Shown here one piece after another: positions 1 through 11,280 of a DNA stretch of 64,000 nucleotides (positions within the stretch are counted from its first letter, which is position 1; each line of letters starts with the position of its first letter). The notes beneath the pieces are model-generated. The model searched no databases, was not told where the DNA came from, and saw only the letters and a program-made list of their open reading frames with translations. The position numbers and the translations under genes were made by a program. The DNA comes from an uncultured Clostridia bacterium. GTDB taxonomy: Bacteria; Bacillota; Clostridia; Christensenellales; UBA1242. Location of the stretch: positions 68,997 through 132,996 of the forward strand of contig CAKVFE010000003.1 of assembly GCA_934746645.1 (NCBI GenBank). The letters are read 5' to 3'.

Positions 1-162
1 GAAGAAGTTGTTAATTTGGCTAAAAAGATGATGGATGCTGCACAAGTTAATCCTAAATATTCTGATGCCGTTAAAAAAGCTTTTGTTGAAGCATACGAAG
101 AATTGAGTGCTGAAGATTTAACTTTAGAAAATCTTAACGAAATTAAAAATATGCTAGACTAA
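1..162 (+). CDS. 3' end of an unidentified CDS (partial, runs off the window)
   Basis: Frame 1 is open from position 1 to TAA at 160-162 (…EEVVNLAKKMMDAAQVNPKYSDAVKKAF…NMLD*). A hairpin terminator follows. Confidence 0.5.
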   Translation, partial: EEVVNLAKKMMDAAQVNPKYSDAVKKAFVEAYEELSAEDLTLENLNEIKNMLD

Positions 163-210
163 TATTTGGTAAAAGAGATTTACTAGATGTAAGGGTATAA
201 TATAAAATAA

Positions 211-248
211 AAAAGTGTCTATATTTAGGCACTTTTTTATTTTTTTTT
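211..248. terminator. Bidirectional rho-independent terminator between convergent genes
   Basis: Hairpin AGTGTCT/AGGCACT, flanked by an A-run upstream and a T-run downstream. Confidence 0.6.
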
Positions 249-281
249 GTTATATTAAAATTTTTATCAGTTTTACTATAA

Positions 282-1211
282 TTATTCTGCTTTATTGGCA
301 CTATTAAATACATTGGTCATCTTAAACTCAACAACTTGAGTAACATATTTTTTGCCTTGTTTTAAGTAATCTCTTAAATCTACGGTTTCTGGTTTTGTAG
401 TTAATATTTCTCTTACACCTGCAGTAAATGCAATTCTTAAATCGCTATCAACATTAACTTTTACAACATTGTGTTCGGTTGTTGCTTTATACAACATATC
501 TTCAGGTATACCATTAGCACCTTTAAGTACAGCACCATATTGTTCTGCCAATTTAACCATATCTTGTGGTATAGAACTTGCACCGTGTAATACAAGTGGG
601 AAGTCTGGCAACAACTCTTCAATCTTTGACAAAATATCAAATCTAAGCATTGCTTTACCACTAAATTTGTGAGTACCATGACTTGTACCTATAGCTACAG
701 CTAGACTATCTATGCCTGTGCGTTCTACAAATTCTTTAGCTTGTTCTGGGTTGGTGTATCTTGCATCATCAGAAGATGCACTTATTTCATCTTCAACTCC
801 TGCCAATACTCCAAGTTCTGCTTCAACTGTTACATTGTGTGCGTGAGCATATTCAACAACTTGACGGGTTAGTGCAATATTCTCTTCAAAAGGTAGAGAA
901 CTTGCGTCTATCATAACATTGGTAAATCCAGCGTCAACTGCATTTTTGCAATCTTCAAATGTTTTACCGTGGTCTAAGTTAAGTACTACTGGTAAGTCAC
1001 CAACTCTTGATTTTACCATAGCAACTACTGATTTTAATCCAGCATATTTAATTGCTCCAGTACTGCATTGTACAACTACTGGACTTTTTAATTCGTTGGC
1101 AGCATCTAGTATTGCAGAAAGTGTTTCTAAATTAACAAAGTTAAATGCTCCCAAAGCGTAATGATTTTTTATTGCATCTAAAAAGATTTCTTTTGAATTT
1201 TGTAATCCCAT
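282..1211 (-). CDS. fba: Class II fructose-1,6-bisphosphate aldolase
   Basis: The ORF-track protein carries NLDHGKT and LVLHGASS motifs. I prefer the internal ATG at 1211 (MGLQNSKE…) because AAAGGAG lies just upstream; the 1256 start lacks an SD. Confidence 0.93.
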   Translation of the reverse strand: MGLQNSKEIFLDAIKNHYALGAFNFVNLETLSAILDAANELKSPVVVQCSTGAIKYAGLKSVVAMVKSRVGDLPVVLNLDHGKTFEDCKNAVDAGFTNVMIDASSLPFEENIALTRQVVEYAHAHNVTVEAELGVLAGVEDEISASSDDARYTNPEQAKEFVERTGIDSLAVAIGTSHGTHKFSGKAMLRFDILSKIEELLPDFPLVLHGASSIPQDMVKLAEQYGAVLKGANGIPEDMLYKATTEHNVVKVNVDSDLRIAFTAGVREILTTKPETVDLRDYLKQGKKYVTQVVEFKMTNVFNSANKAE

Positions 1212-1381
1212 AATGACTCCTTTTATTTCTCTAAAATTATTGTAGAATATAACCATTTTATTGGCAAATATTTTTAATAAATTGGCAAAATTTTATTGAA
1301 AAAACACTTATTGTTTGCTAAAAGCAAAAAAATTATATATACTATATGTAATAATGAATACTTTATATAGGAAGGTATGTT

Positions 1382-2272
1382 ATGAAAATAGGTTTTATTA
1401 TACCACTATTGGACGAATATGATTTAGAAAAAAATGTTACTACAATTACAAAATCTTGTAATGAAAGTAATGTTGATTTTGATATTATTTTTGCACTTAA
1501 TTCAAAACTTAGTGCTACATTTACTAAAATTAGAAATTTGTATGTAGAAAATACTGCAATAAAAGCATTTATGGTAGACCGTCCTGTTGATGAACATAAA
1601 CTTATCACATTGGCTATGGAAAAGTGTGAAGATTATGATGCTACTATTATTTATTCTGGTAAAGAAGAAGTTAATGCTGATGTAATAAAAGCATTTATAA
1701 CTTCATATTCTGCTGGCAATAAAATTGTGTATTTGAAAAAAGTATATAGAGGATTTAAGAAAGTTTGGGCTGGAATAAAAGCTATGTTCTATGCTTTAGG
1801 TACAAAACTTTTGGGTGTATTTAAAGACATTAACGCTGAAACTGATATTCAATTATTGGACAATGATGTTGTAAAAACAATCAATCAGTTACCTGGTAAA
1901 AATCGTCAACTTCGTACTCTAGATGCATTGTTGTATTACACAACAGATATTATTCATCTAGAAGTTGATTCTAAAGAAGTCATCAATCCTAACTATGCAC
2001 AAAAAGATAAATCTTATGTTAAAAATGCTACAGTTGCATATACTAGTCTTGGTGTAGGTTTTGTTAGTGTATTATTAAGTATTATTTCTTTATCTGTTGG
2101 TTGGAAATGGTTCTATTTAATACACATTGCACTATGGGTATTATTCTTAGTAGGATTGTCATTATTCGTAGTCTTCAATACTCGTAAGACATTGACATAT
2201 AGAGCAGGTGGATATATCGAACCTAGCGAATTTGTTGCATTGAAAGACAAAATTGAATATTACAATATGTAA
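1382..2272 (+). CDS. GT2-like (glycosyltransferase-fold) protein with C-terminal transmembrane segments; the usual DxD-type motifs are not evident
   Basis: RBS AGGAAGG. The N-terminus MKIGFIIPLLDEYD resembles GT-A fold starts. Two hydrophobic helices lie near the C-terminus. Confidence 0.45.
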   Translation: MKIGFIIPLLDEYDLEKNVTTITKSCNESNVDFDIIFALNSKLSATFTKIRNLYVENTAIKAFMVDRPVDEHKLITLAMEKCEDYDATIIYSGKEEVNADVIKAFITSYSAGNKIVYLKKVYRGFKKVWAGIKAMFYALGTKLLGVFKDINAETDIQLLDNDVVKTINQLPGKNRQLRTLDALLYYTTDIIHLEVDSKEVINPNYAQKDKSYVKNATVAYTSLGVGFVSVLLSIISLSVGWKWFYLIHIALWVLFLVGLSLFVVFNTRKTLTYRAGGYIEPSEFVALKDKIEYYNM

Positions 2273-2280
2273 AAATAAAA

Positions 2281-2318
2281 TGCATCACTTTATTCAATTT
2301 AAGTGGTGCATTATTGTT
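2281..2318 (+). terminator. Probable terminator after the GT2-like gene
   Basis: Hairpin TGCATCACTT/AAGTGGTGCA with a weak T-rich tail. Confidence 0.4.
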
Positions 2319-2332
2319 TAAAAGGATAATCA

Positions 2333-4258
2333 ATGGAATTTTTTGATAAACAAAAAGATAATTCAAAGCAAAATGAAATGTTGCTTGATGCAATAATGGA
2401 AAAGCAAAAACAACGAGAGAAAAAATATAATGTTGATAAAGGTTTTTTGTTAAGAAAAAATGAGAAGGTAAACAATCCTTATGTTAGACCTTTAAACAAC
2501 AATCAAGACAATACCAATGCAGACAATAGAGAGCCTATGTTTGTAGTTGGTCCTAATAAAAAACATAAAACTAAAAAATCAGGTAAAAAACTTGGATTTT
2601 TACAGATATTTATGATTGTTATTTTTTGCTTAATCGGCATAACAGGAATATTCTGTTCGGCGTTCTTTTTGACTAGACATAATATTGAAATTGTTTGTGG
2701 TAATATGGACGGTATTATTATTACAGATAAAAAAGGTAAAAAGATAACAAAATTATCACCTAGACTTAACGAAACCGTTGAATTTAAAATTGAACTTACT
2801 CCAGAATATTCGGATTCTGATATTCAAGTTGTGTATGGCGAAACCGAATTGATAAGTGATGTATATAAAATTTATACTTTCAAATACACAGGTAAAGATG
2901 ATACTATCCGTATAATGGGGGTGGTTAAAAATAAGTATAATATTGAGTTTGCTAATGATAATTATTTTTCATTTAAAGTGCAAGATAATAATGGCGAATG
3001 GAATACAACTATCAATGGAAAAACTATAAATAATTTTTATGATGAAACATTAAAGTTTAAAATATATTCAGAGTCAAAACAAGAATTTGTAACTGAGCCT
3101 TATGTTAGTGTATATGTAGATAAAAATTGGTATCAAGCCAACGAAGATGGCGAATATGAAGTTAATTTTTTAAGTAATCAACAAGTAACAATAGTTAATG
3201 GAAGTCCAATGGAATATTTTAAATATACCGAAATATTAAAATCCAATGGGACATTAGATTATTATAGAGTTACTGGATTAACCGAAATAGGTAATACACA
3301 AAAAACACTTGTTTTTCCAGCAAGTTTTTATGGCGTACAAATCCATTACAATTTTAGTTATTCAGAGTTTTATAACAATGTTACAGAAATTATTCTTCCA
3401 GAAAACATTTATATTAATGATACTAGCAACTATGTATCTTTCTGTGACCAATTTGACCAATTCCAAAATCTTGAATATATTAATGTTGATTATGAAAATA
3501 ATATAATGAGTACTGGTATATTAAGTATTAATGGTATTCTTTATTATCATATGGCTAGGATATCAGCTAATAAAGGTAATACTTATCATTTGTTAAAATG
3601 TCCTACTAGTTATGGTAAATCTTTACCAGAAGGTCAAAGAGTGCTAAATATAAATCCTGATACTATATCTACAAGAGCATTTAATCGTATTGATTATATA
3701 AGAACAATTAGAATAGGTAATAAACTTTCAAAAATATATACTTATGCGTTTAAGTATACCAATGCTGGTAATTATGACATTGTATTTAACAACAATACCA
3801 ATTTTAAAATTATAGACAATGTTATATATACTTATGATGGAACCACAATTGTAGCAGCACCTTTTGCTAGTGGAGTTTTCCATGTCGCTGATGGTATGAA
3901 AGTATTGAATAATGCTTTTTCTAATAGTAACATTACTTCATTGATTTTTGATGGAACAGCAACATTATATAATTCTAGTATTGCAGATATGGTCAATGTT
4001 AAAAATATTGTATTTCCATCAAACTTTGAAGAAATATTGCTTGAAACATTTGGCTTATATTCTCAAGTAGAAGTCTTAGATTTTAGAAATGTTTCTCGTG
4101 GTGTTATAATAAGTGATGATATTTTATCATATATGGGTTGGGACAGTGTAAAGAGCATAGTTGTTCCAGATGACCTTTATGAAGACTACAAGACAACATA
4201 TAATGGTAAAGCATTTGCAGATAAATTTATATCTGTTACAGATTATGACGAACAATAA
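2333..4258 (+). CDS. N-terminally membrane-anchored surface protein with a BspA-type leucine-rich-repeat-like C-terminal region
   Basis: 641-aa ORF with a TM helix (LQIFMIVIFCLIGITGIFCSAFFL). The C-terminal half has a repetitive I/L-x-I-P/N pattern typical of LRR_5-like cell-surface proteins. Confidence 0.55.
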   Translation: MEFFDKQKDNSKQNEMLLDAIMEKQKQREKKYNVDKGFLLRKNEKVNNPYVRPLNNNQDNTNADNREPMFVVGPNKKHKTKKSGKKLGFLQIFMIVIFCLIGITGIFCSAFFLTRHNIEIVCGNMDGIIITDKKGKKITKLSPRLNETVEFKIELTPEYSDSDIQVVYGETELISDVYKIYTFKYTGKDDTIRIMGVVKNKYNIEFANDNYFSFKVQDNNGEWNTTINGKTINNFYDETLKFKIYSESKQEFVTEPYVSVYVDKNWYQANEDGEYEVNFLSNQQVTIVNGSPMEYFKYTEILKSNGTLDYYRVTGLTEIGNTQKTLVFPASFYGVQIHYNFSYSEFYNNVTEIILPENIYINDTSNYVSFCDQFDQFQNLEYINVDYENNIMSTGILSINGILYYHMARISANKGNTYHLLKCPTSYGKSLPEGQRVLNINPDTISTRAFNRIDYIRTIRIGNKLSKIYTYAFKYTNAGNYDIVFNNNTNFKIIDNVIYTYDGTTIVAAPFASGVFHVADGMKVLNNAFSNSNITSLIFDGTATLYNSSIADMVNVKNIVFPSNFEEILLETFGLYSQVEVLDFRNVSRGVIISDDILSYMGWDSVKSIVVPDDLYEDYKTTYNGKAFADKFISVTDYDEQ

Positions 4259-4286
4259 TATTCAATAAATAAAATTAAATAATACA

Positions 4287-4347
4287 AAAGACTTAAATAA
4301 AATAATTAAACCATTGTGATTTAAATTATAAAATTTAAGTCTTTTTT
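4287..4347 (+). terminator. Long imperfect hairpin terminator
   Basis: Arms AAAAGACTTAAAT / ATTTAAGTCTTTT followed by a T-run. Confidence 0.5.
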
Positions 4348-4422
4348 ATTTCTTTATAGTTTATAAGTTAACATATTGCAAAAAATAATATATATTAAAG
4401 TTAATAATATAGGAGTGTGTGT

Positions 4423-5529
4423 ATGGACAATAGACAAAAACTTGCAGAAAGAATTGTAAATTATTCAATTAAAGCAAAACCTAATGAAAAAGTTTTGGTG
4501 CAATATAGTGATTGTGATGATGATTTTTTAGTTGCTTTACAAAAAGAAATTTTAAAGGTAAAAGCATATCCATTTTTTAAATGTGTCAATCGTCAGTTGA
4601 TGAAGACAGAACTTACTTGTGGCAATAAAGAATTGTTTGAATTAAAAACAAAATATGATGAAGTGCTATATAAAGATATGGATTGCATTATCATTATAGG
4701 TGGGGCTAATAACATATATGATTATGCACATATTGATACCAATATAAAGGAAATGTATGACAAAATATATACTCAAAGAGTTCATTTTGATATTAGAGTC
4801 AAAAAGCGTTGGGTATTGCTAAGGTATCCTACTCCAAGTTTTGCACAACTTGCAGAAACGGGTACTAAAGAATTTGAACAATACTTTTTTGATGTATGCA
4901 GTATGGATTATGAAAAAATGGATAAAGCGTGTGTAGCATTAAAGAACCTTATGGAAAGGAGTGATAAGGTAAAGATAGTTGCACCTAACACTAATTTGGA
5001 ATTTAGTATTAAAGGTTTGCCAGCTATTATTTGTAGTGGACAATGCAATCTTCCAGATGGGGAAGTGTATACAGCTCCAGTTAAAGAAAGTATTAATGGA
5101 GAAATAACATTCAATATACCTGCAATGCAAGGTGGAATAAAATTTGAAAATATACATCTAGTTTTTGAAAAAGGTAAAGTAGTTAAGTTTGACTGCAACA
5201 ATAATAAAGAATTTGAAAAAATACTAGATTTAGACAATGGTAGTAGGTATGTTGGCGAATTTTCATTTGGTATTAACCCATATGTGACAAAAAGCATAAA
5301 TGATATATTGTTTGATGAGAAAATGTGTGGAAGTTTGCATATGGCATTAGGGTGTTCGTATGACAACTGCAACAATACTAATAAAAGTGTATTGCATTGG
5401 GATTTAATCCTTAATCAAACTAAAGAATATGGTGGTGGCGAAATATGGCTTGATGGAGTAAAGGTAAGAGAAAATGGTAAGTTTATATTACCAGAATTAG
5501 TTGCCTTAAATCCTGAAAACTTGCTATAA
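4423..5529 (+). CDS. M29-family aminopeptidase (AmpS/PepS-like)
   Basis: The protein resembles thermophilic metalloprotease M29 (…EFSFGINPY…, …CGSLHMALG…). ATG at 4423 follows TAGGAG. Confidence 0.85.
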   Translation: MDNRQKLAERIVNYSIKAKPNEKVLVQYSDCDDDFLVALQKEILKVKAYPFFKCVNRQLMKTELTCGNKELFELKTKYDEVLYKDMDCIIIIGGANNIYDYAHIDTNIKEMYDKIYTQRVHFDIRVKKRWVLLRYPTPSFAQLAETGTKEFEQYFFDVCSMDYEKMDKACVALKNLMERSDKVKIVAPNTNLEFSIKGLPAIICSGQCNLPDGEVYTAPVKESINGEITFNIPAMQGGIKFENIHLVFEKGKVVKFDCNNNKEFEKILDLDNGSRYVGEFSFGINPYVTKSINDILFDEKMCGSLHMALGCSYDNCNNTNKSVLHWDLILNQTKEYGGGEIWLDGVKVRENGKFILPELVALNPENLL

Positions 5530-5577
5530 TTATATTGGTTAGTAAACCATATTATTAATAATTATTTGGAGGAATAA

Positions 5578-6597
<1,020 letters not shown>

Positions 6598-6616
6598 TTA
6601 TTGAGTAATATGTGTT

Positions 6617-6645
6617 AAAAAGCAGACAATATTGGTCTGCTTTTT
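6617..6645 (+). terminator. Rho-independent terminator after gap
   Basis: AGCAGAC/GTCTGC hairpin plus TTTTT. Confidence 0.7.
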
Positions 6646-6725
6646 AGTTTTTAGATATATTTTATTGAAAAAATAATAACTTTTGTATATACTTAATTGT
6701 AATTTGATAAAGGTGAGTGAAAAGT

Positions 6726-7220
6726 ATGAGATGTCCTGTTTGTGGCTCAAAAATGATAGATGGTAAAATATGCAAGTATTGCAATGTTACTAGCGAACAA
6801 GTTTTGACTGCTAGCAATAAAGAAGCAAAAAAAGCATTTAAAGAAAAAAGATATAGTGATGTATGCTATACAACCGATATCCCTGAAGATGTAAATAAAC
6901 GCAAATTGATTTTGTTTACAGTCTTTTTAGGTTGGTTTGGTGTAGGATACTTTTATATAGGCAGATTGTTTAAAGGATTATTTTGTGCTATATCGTCAGG
7001 ACTATCTATACTATTTGCACTTTTACAATACTGTATCAACAATTATGGTATGGGTGGTGCAGACTTTGTAAAAGTTGGTATGAGTGTAGCTTCATTTTTG
7101 ATGATGATAGATTTACTATTTTGGATTTTTGATATTTTTGGATTTGTATTCAAAACATATAAAGTTCCAGTGGTGTTGCCAAAAGAAGTTAACAATGTAA
7201 AACACCGTAGTTTAAAATAA
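6726..7220 (+). CDS. Zinc-ribbon plus TM2 domain membrane protein
   Basis: MRCPVCGSKM…CKYC zinc ribbon, then a TM2-like FLGWFGVGYFYIG motif and further TM helices. ATG at 6726 follows AAAGGTGAG. Confidence 0.7.
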   Translation: MRCPVCGSKMIDGKICKYCNVTSEQVLTASNKEAKKAFKEKRYSDVCYTTDIPEDVNKRKLILFTVFLGWFGVGYFYIGRLFKGLFCAISSGLSILFALLQYCINNYGMGGADFVKVGMSVASFLMMIDLLFWIFDIFGFVFKTYKVPVVLPKEVNNVKHRSLK

Positions 7221-7240
7221 CAATATAAAAAGGATAAATA

Positions 7241-8317
7241 ATGAAAACTGTAGTTGTAGGAATGAGTGGTGGTGTAGATAGTTCGGTTGCAGCAGCTTTG
7301 TTGAAGGAACAAGGTTACAATGTTATTGGACTATTTATGCATAACTGGGAAGAAGATGATGAAGATGGTTGTTGTACAGCAGCACAAGACTGGGAAGATG
7401 TAAAAAGAGTGTGCAACAAACTTAATATTCCATATTATTCGGTTAATTTTGCTAAAGAATATATGGATAGAGTTTTTTCATACTTTTTAAAAGAATATGG
7501 TGCTGGTCGTACACCTAATCCAGATGTTTTGTGCAATAGAGAAATTAAGTTTGGACCATTTTTGGATTATGCACTTAAACTTGGTGCAGACTATATAGCT
7601 ACAGGACACTATTGTGATATAGAGCATAAAGACGGTGTTCATAGATTGTTAAAAGCTAAAGACCAAAACAAAGACCAAACATATTTCTTAAATCAACTTA
7701 ACCAAAAACAACTTGAAAAAGTTTTGTTTCCATTGGGTCAAATGGAAAAACCTGATGTTAGAAAAATAGCAGAAAAATATGGCTTTGTTACTGCTGAGAA
7801 AAAAGATAGTACAGGTATATGCTTTATTGGCGAACGCAAATTTAGACAATTTTTAAAAACATATATTCCAGCAAAAGCAGGGGATATTGTTGATATGAAT
7901 GGCAATGTTGTAGGAAGACACGAAGGTGTTATGTATTACACATTGGGACAGCGTAGAGGACTTAATGTTGGTGGTGTAAAAGGTACAGAAGGTGGAAGAT
8001 GGTTTGTGGTAGATAAAGATGTAAAAAACAATCGTCTTATCGTAAGTCACGGAGATGAAAGTCCATTGATGTCAAAAGCATTGGTAACATACAATGTTAA
8101 TTGGATACCTTCTCAACCTAAAGAAAAAGAATTTGAGTGTTATGCTAAATTTAGATATCGCCAAACAGACCAAAAAGTAAAAGTAACTATCGAACCTAAT
8201 CGTATTTATGTTCAATTTAAAGAACCACAAAGAGCAGTTACTCCGGGACAATTTGTAGTGTTCTATACAGAAACAGCTTGTTTGGGTGGCGGAATTATTG
8301 AAGAAGTAATTAAGTAA
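7241..8317 (+). CDS. mnmA: tRNA 2-thiouridine(34) synthase
   Basis: PP-loop motif [12 protein letters not shown] and full-length similarity to the MnmA/TrmU pattern. Confidence 0.93.
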   Translation: MKTVVVGMSGGVDSSVAAALLKEQGYNVIGLFMHNWEEDDEDGCCTAAQDWEDVKRVCNKLNIPYYSVNFAKEYMDRVFSYFLKEYGAGRTPNPDVLCNREIKFGPFLDYALKLGADYIATGHYCDIEHKDGVHRLLKAKDQNKDQTYFLNQLNQKQLEKVLFPLGQMEKPDVRKIAEKYGFVTAEKKDSTGICFIGERKFRQFLKTYIPAKAGDIVDMNGNVVGRHEGVMYYTLGQRRGLNVGGVKGTEGGRWFVVDKDVKNNRLIVSHGDESPLMSKALVTYNVNWIPSQPKEKEFECYAKFRYRQTDQKVKVTIEPNRIYVQFKEPQRAVTPGQFVVFYTETACLGGGIIEEVIK

Positions 8318-8331
8318 AGTTTGTTTAAAAC

Positions 8332-8360
8332 TTGACAATAGATAAATAATTATATACAAT
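8332..8360 (+). promoter_or_regulatory. Sigma-A type promoter for the S-box/metK transcript
   Basis: TTGACA (8332-8337), 17-nt spacer, TACAAT (8355-8360). Confidence 0.55.
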
Positions 8361-8367
8361 TTGAGTA

Positions 8368-8494
8368 CCATAAAGAGTGTGCGAGGGACAGCCCCGTTGA
8401 CCACACAGCAACCTAGCAGATATGCCAAGGTGCTAAAGGCTGACCGATGGAAAACTGGTTGATATTATGCCCATCGGTAGCGATGGGTTTTTTC
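8368..8494 (+). promoter_or_regulatory. SAM-I (S-box) riboswitch with intrinsic terminator
   Basis: Conserved S-box core GAGGGAcaGCCCcgTTGAccacacAGCAACC…AAGGTGCTAAA. Terminator CCCATCG-GTAG-CGATGGG (8470-8487) plus T6. Lies directly upstream of metK. Confidence 0.85.
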
Positions 8495-8547
8495 TTTGTA
8501 AAAATACTCTTTATGCAAATACATTATGCTTTATAAAGGAGAGTAAT

Positions 8548-9642
8548 ATGAAAATAATTACAAGTGAGAGTGTTAACATAGGTCACCCAGACAAAACCTG
8601 TGATGTTATAGCAGATAGTTTTTTGGATAGTGCATTGTCACAAGATCCAAGATCTCAAATGGCTGTTGAGTGTGCTATAAAAAACAATAAATTATTTATA
8701 TATGGAGAAGCTACCACAAAAGCCAAAATTGATTATGATGGTATAGCAAGAAAAATACTTGATTATGTGGGATATAATAGCAAAGATTTTGATATAGTTA
8801 AAGAGATATCAATCCAATCTCCAGATATCAACAATGCAGTAGACAAGCAAGAAGTTACTGCCAACGACCAAGGCATAATATATGGTTATGCTTGTAGCGA
8901 TACTCCACAATTAATGCCATTGCCAATTATGATTGCATCACGACTTATGCAAGTTTATGAAGATGTAAGACTAAAAAATTCACTTTTAAAGGCTGATGCT
9001 AAAAGTCAGGTTAGTGTAGAATATGATGACAACAATAACCCAGTCCGTATTAATACAATATTATTGTCAGTATCACACGATAAAGATTTTAAATTAGAAG
9101 ATTTAAGGAATTACATTATTAAAGAAGTTGTTAATCCTGTGCTTGGCGAATATAGTCAATATGTTAAAGGTCAACCACAAATACTTGTTAATGCAGGTGG
9201 ACAATTTACAGTATGGGGTAGTTATGGCGATAGTGGTTGTGTTGGAAGAAAGATTGTTGTAGATACTTATGGTGGAGTAGGACATGTAGGTGGTGGTTGT
9301 TTTAGTTCAAAAAATTCTACTAAAGTAGATAGAAGTGCAGCATATTATTTAAGATATGTAGCTAAAAACATAGTCGCCAACAACCTTGCTAAAGAAGTTG
9401 AAATTCAAATCAGTTATGGCTTTGGACTAAAAGACCCAATTAGTCTTAGTATCAATACATTTGGAACTGAAAAAGTAAAACTTGATACTATATACGATAT
9501 TGTTAATCGTAATTTTGATTTTCATCCACAAAAGATGATTGATGAGTTGGAACTTAACAAACCTATTTATTCTAAGACTGCGTGCTACGGACATTTTGGC
9601 AGAGATTTTCCGTGGGAAAAAATTGTTAAATTGGATATGTAA
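8548..9642 (+). CDS. metK: S-adenosylmethionine synthetase
   Basis: MetK motifs GHPDK, GDQGI-like NDQGIIYGYA and GGGCFSSK. The true start is ATG 8548 after AAGGAGAG. The track start at 8467 would overlap the riboswitch terminator. Confidence 0.95.
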   Translation: MKIITSESVNIGHPDKTCDVIADSFLDSALSQDPRSQMAVECAIKNNKLFIYGEATTKAKIDYDGIARKILDYVGYNSKDFDIVKEISIQSPDINNAVDKQEVTANDQGIIYGYACSDTPQLMPLPIMIASRLMQVYEDVRLKNSLLKADAKSQVSVEYDDNNNPVRINTILLSVSHDKDFKLEDLRNYIIKEVVNPVLGEYSQYVKGQPQILVNAGGQFTVWGSYGDSGCVGRKIVVDTYGGVGHVGGGCFSSKNSTKVDRSAAYYLRYVAKNIVANNLAKEVEIQISYGFGLKDPISLSINTFGTEKVKLDTIYDIVNRNFDFHPQKMIDELELNKPIYSKTACYGHFGRDFPWEKIVKLDM

Positions 9643-9645
9643 GAT

Positions 9646-9693
9646 AAGAAAAACAATAGAAAGAGTCAATCTTTTTATTGCTTTTCTTTTTTT
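9646..9693 (+). terminator. Terminator after metK
   Basis: 13-bp stem (one mismatch) AAGAAAAACAATA / TATTGCTTTTCTT plus T-run. Confidence 0.55.
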
Positions 9694-9726
9694 ATATTTT
9701 TTATATTTATGATATACTAACTATGT

Positions 9727-10293
9727 ATGAAAACTATTAAGTATGATAAAGAAAATTTAATAGAAATAAAAAAATCTAAGTTTATAGGTTATACATTTTT
9801 TTGTGAGTCTGTTGATGATGCAAATAAGTATTTAAAACAAGTTAGAGAGCTACATAAAAAAGCAACTCATGTATGTTTTGCTTATGTCGTTAATTCTAAT
9901 GAAAAAGCATCTGATGATGGCGAACCTCAAGGTACAGCAGGAATACCAATATTAGATGTTATTAAAAAACAAAAATTAACTAATGTGATATGTATAGTTG
10001 TTAGATATTTTGGTGGTATCAAATTGGGTGCTGGTGGACTAGTAAGAGCATATAGCGAAACGGCTTCTTCTACTATAGCTTTAAGCGAAACAGCAGATTT
10101 GGAAAAGGCAAAACAATATTGTTTAGTCGTTAATTATGGACAAGAAAATGTTATAAATAATTTAAAAAATAATGATAAGGTTATTGATATAAAAATTGAT
10201 TATAATGATAAGATAGTTATTAATGTTTTGACAATCAACGATTATGTGGTTGATAATGCAAAACTAATTGAAGAAAAAATAGTTAGGGTATAA
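9727..10293 (+). CDS. yigZ: YigZ / IMPACT-family protein
   Basis: The pattern KKSKFIGY…HVCFAY…DDGEP.GTAG.P is typical of the UPF0029/IMPACT N-terminal domain. Confidence 0.8.
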   Translation: MKTIKYDKENLIEIKKSKFIGYTFFCESVDDANKYLKQVRELHKKATHVCFAYVVNSNEKASDDGEPQGTAGIPILDVIKKQKLTNVICIVVRYFGGIKLGAGGLVRAYSETASSTIALSETADLEKAKQYCLVVNYGQENVINNLKNNDKVIDIKIDYNDKIVINVLTINDYVVDNAKLIEEKIVRV

Positions 10294-10294
10294 T

Positions 10295-10909
10295 ATGTCA
10301 AAGATTACAAAGATAGAGCCACAAGTTAAAAATAAAGACAGAGTTAATATATATTTGGACGGCGAATTTAAGTTGGGCTGTTCGTTGGAACTTGCTATGT
10401 TAAATCATTTAAAAAATGATGTTGAGATAAGTGACGAGCAGTTGGAACAACTTGTTTTTGAAAATGAAAAAACACAAGCACTTAATAAGGCTGTTACTTT
10501 GCTTGGTAAAAATTTAAAAACTAGAAGACAAATGCATACTTATTTAAATGACAAAGGGTATAGTAAGACAATTGTTGATTATGTTTTGGAAAAACTTAGC
10601 GAATATAATTATATAAATGATATTAATTATGCTAAAATCTATATAAGAAGTGTCAAAAATAAATATGGCAAAGTAAAAATAATTGCCAATTTAAGACAAA
10701 AGGGTGTTAGTGATAAAGACATAGATGAAGTAATGCAAGAATTTGAAAGCGATACAGATTCTATAATGGCGTTGGCTCAAAAATATATGAAAAATAAAGA
10801 AGTCAATCAAGATAATATAGCTAAGCTTTATAGACACTTATTGTCTAAAGGTTTTGGCTATGATGAAGTTAATAGTGTAGTTAGAGAAATAAAGGAGAAA
10901 TTATGTTAG
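10295..10909 (+). CDS. recX: Recombination regulator RecX
   Basis: 204 aa with the three-helical-repeat RecX pattern (…ITKIEPQ.KNKDRVNIYLDGEF…). Starts 1 nt after yigZ. Confidence 0.8.
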   Translation: MSKITKIEPQVKNKDRVNIYLDGEFKLGCSLELAMLNHLKNDVEISDEQLEQLVFENEKTQALNKAVTLLGKNLKTRRQMHTYLNDKGYSKTIVDYVLEKLSEYNYINDINYAKIYIRSVKNKYGKVKIIANLRQKGVSDKDIDEVMQEFESDTDSIMALAQKYMKNKEVNQDNIAKLYRHLLSKGFGYDEVNSVVREIKEKLC

Positions 10910-11268
10910 CAGTTGGTATAGATTCTTTAGATATAGTAAGAATGCAAAAGTTTGTAGATAATGAAAGATTTTTAACTAAATTTTTTACTGAGTACGAAAC
11001 CAAATATTGCAATTTAACAGTCAACAAAACTATGCGTCTTGCTGGATTGTATTGTGCAAAAGAAGCTTTTTTAAAAGCATTGGGTATTGGTATTGGTGGC
11101 GGTATACCTCTAAACGAAATAGAAGTTAATCACGACAAAAATGGCAAACCATATTTAAGACTTAGCGATGGTGCTAAAAAAATAGTTAATATTATGGGTT
11201 ATAAAGAGTGGCAAATTAATATCACTCATACTCATACTTGTAGTACTGCTGTATGTATCTTAAATTAA
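10903..11268 (+). CDS. acpS: Holo-[acyl-carrier-protein] synthase
   Basis: 121 aa with GIDSLDIVRM and the conserved C-terminal …ITHT… pattern. Overlaps recX by 7 nt. Confidence 0.85.
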   Translation: MLAVGIDSLDIVRMQKFVDNERFLTKFFTEYETKYCNLTVNKTMRLAGLYCAKEAFLKALGIGIGGGIPLNEIEVNHDKNGKPYLRLSDGAKKIVNIMGYKEWQINITHTHTCSTAVCILN

Positions 11269-11280
11269 AAGGAACAACTT

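Noticed and set aside
8072-8428. A minus-strand 118-aa ORF overlapping the mnmA 3' end and the S-box region
   Set aside because: It overlaps a confidently identified CDS and a riboswitch, and it has no RBS or recognisable product.
8467-8547. The N-terminal extension of metK proposed by the ORF track (MPIGSDGFFLCKN…)
   Set aside because: The extension would be translated from the riboswitch terminator hairpin. A canonical AAGGAGAG-ATG start at 8548 gives the conserved MetK N-terminus.
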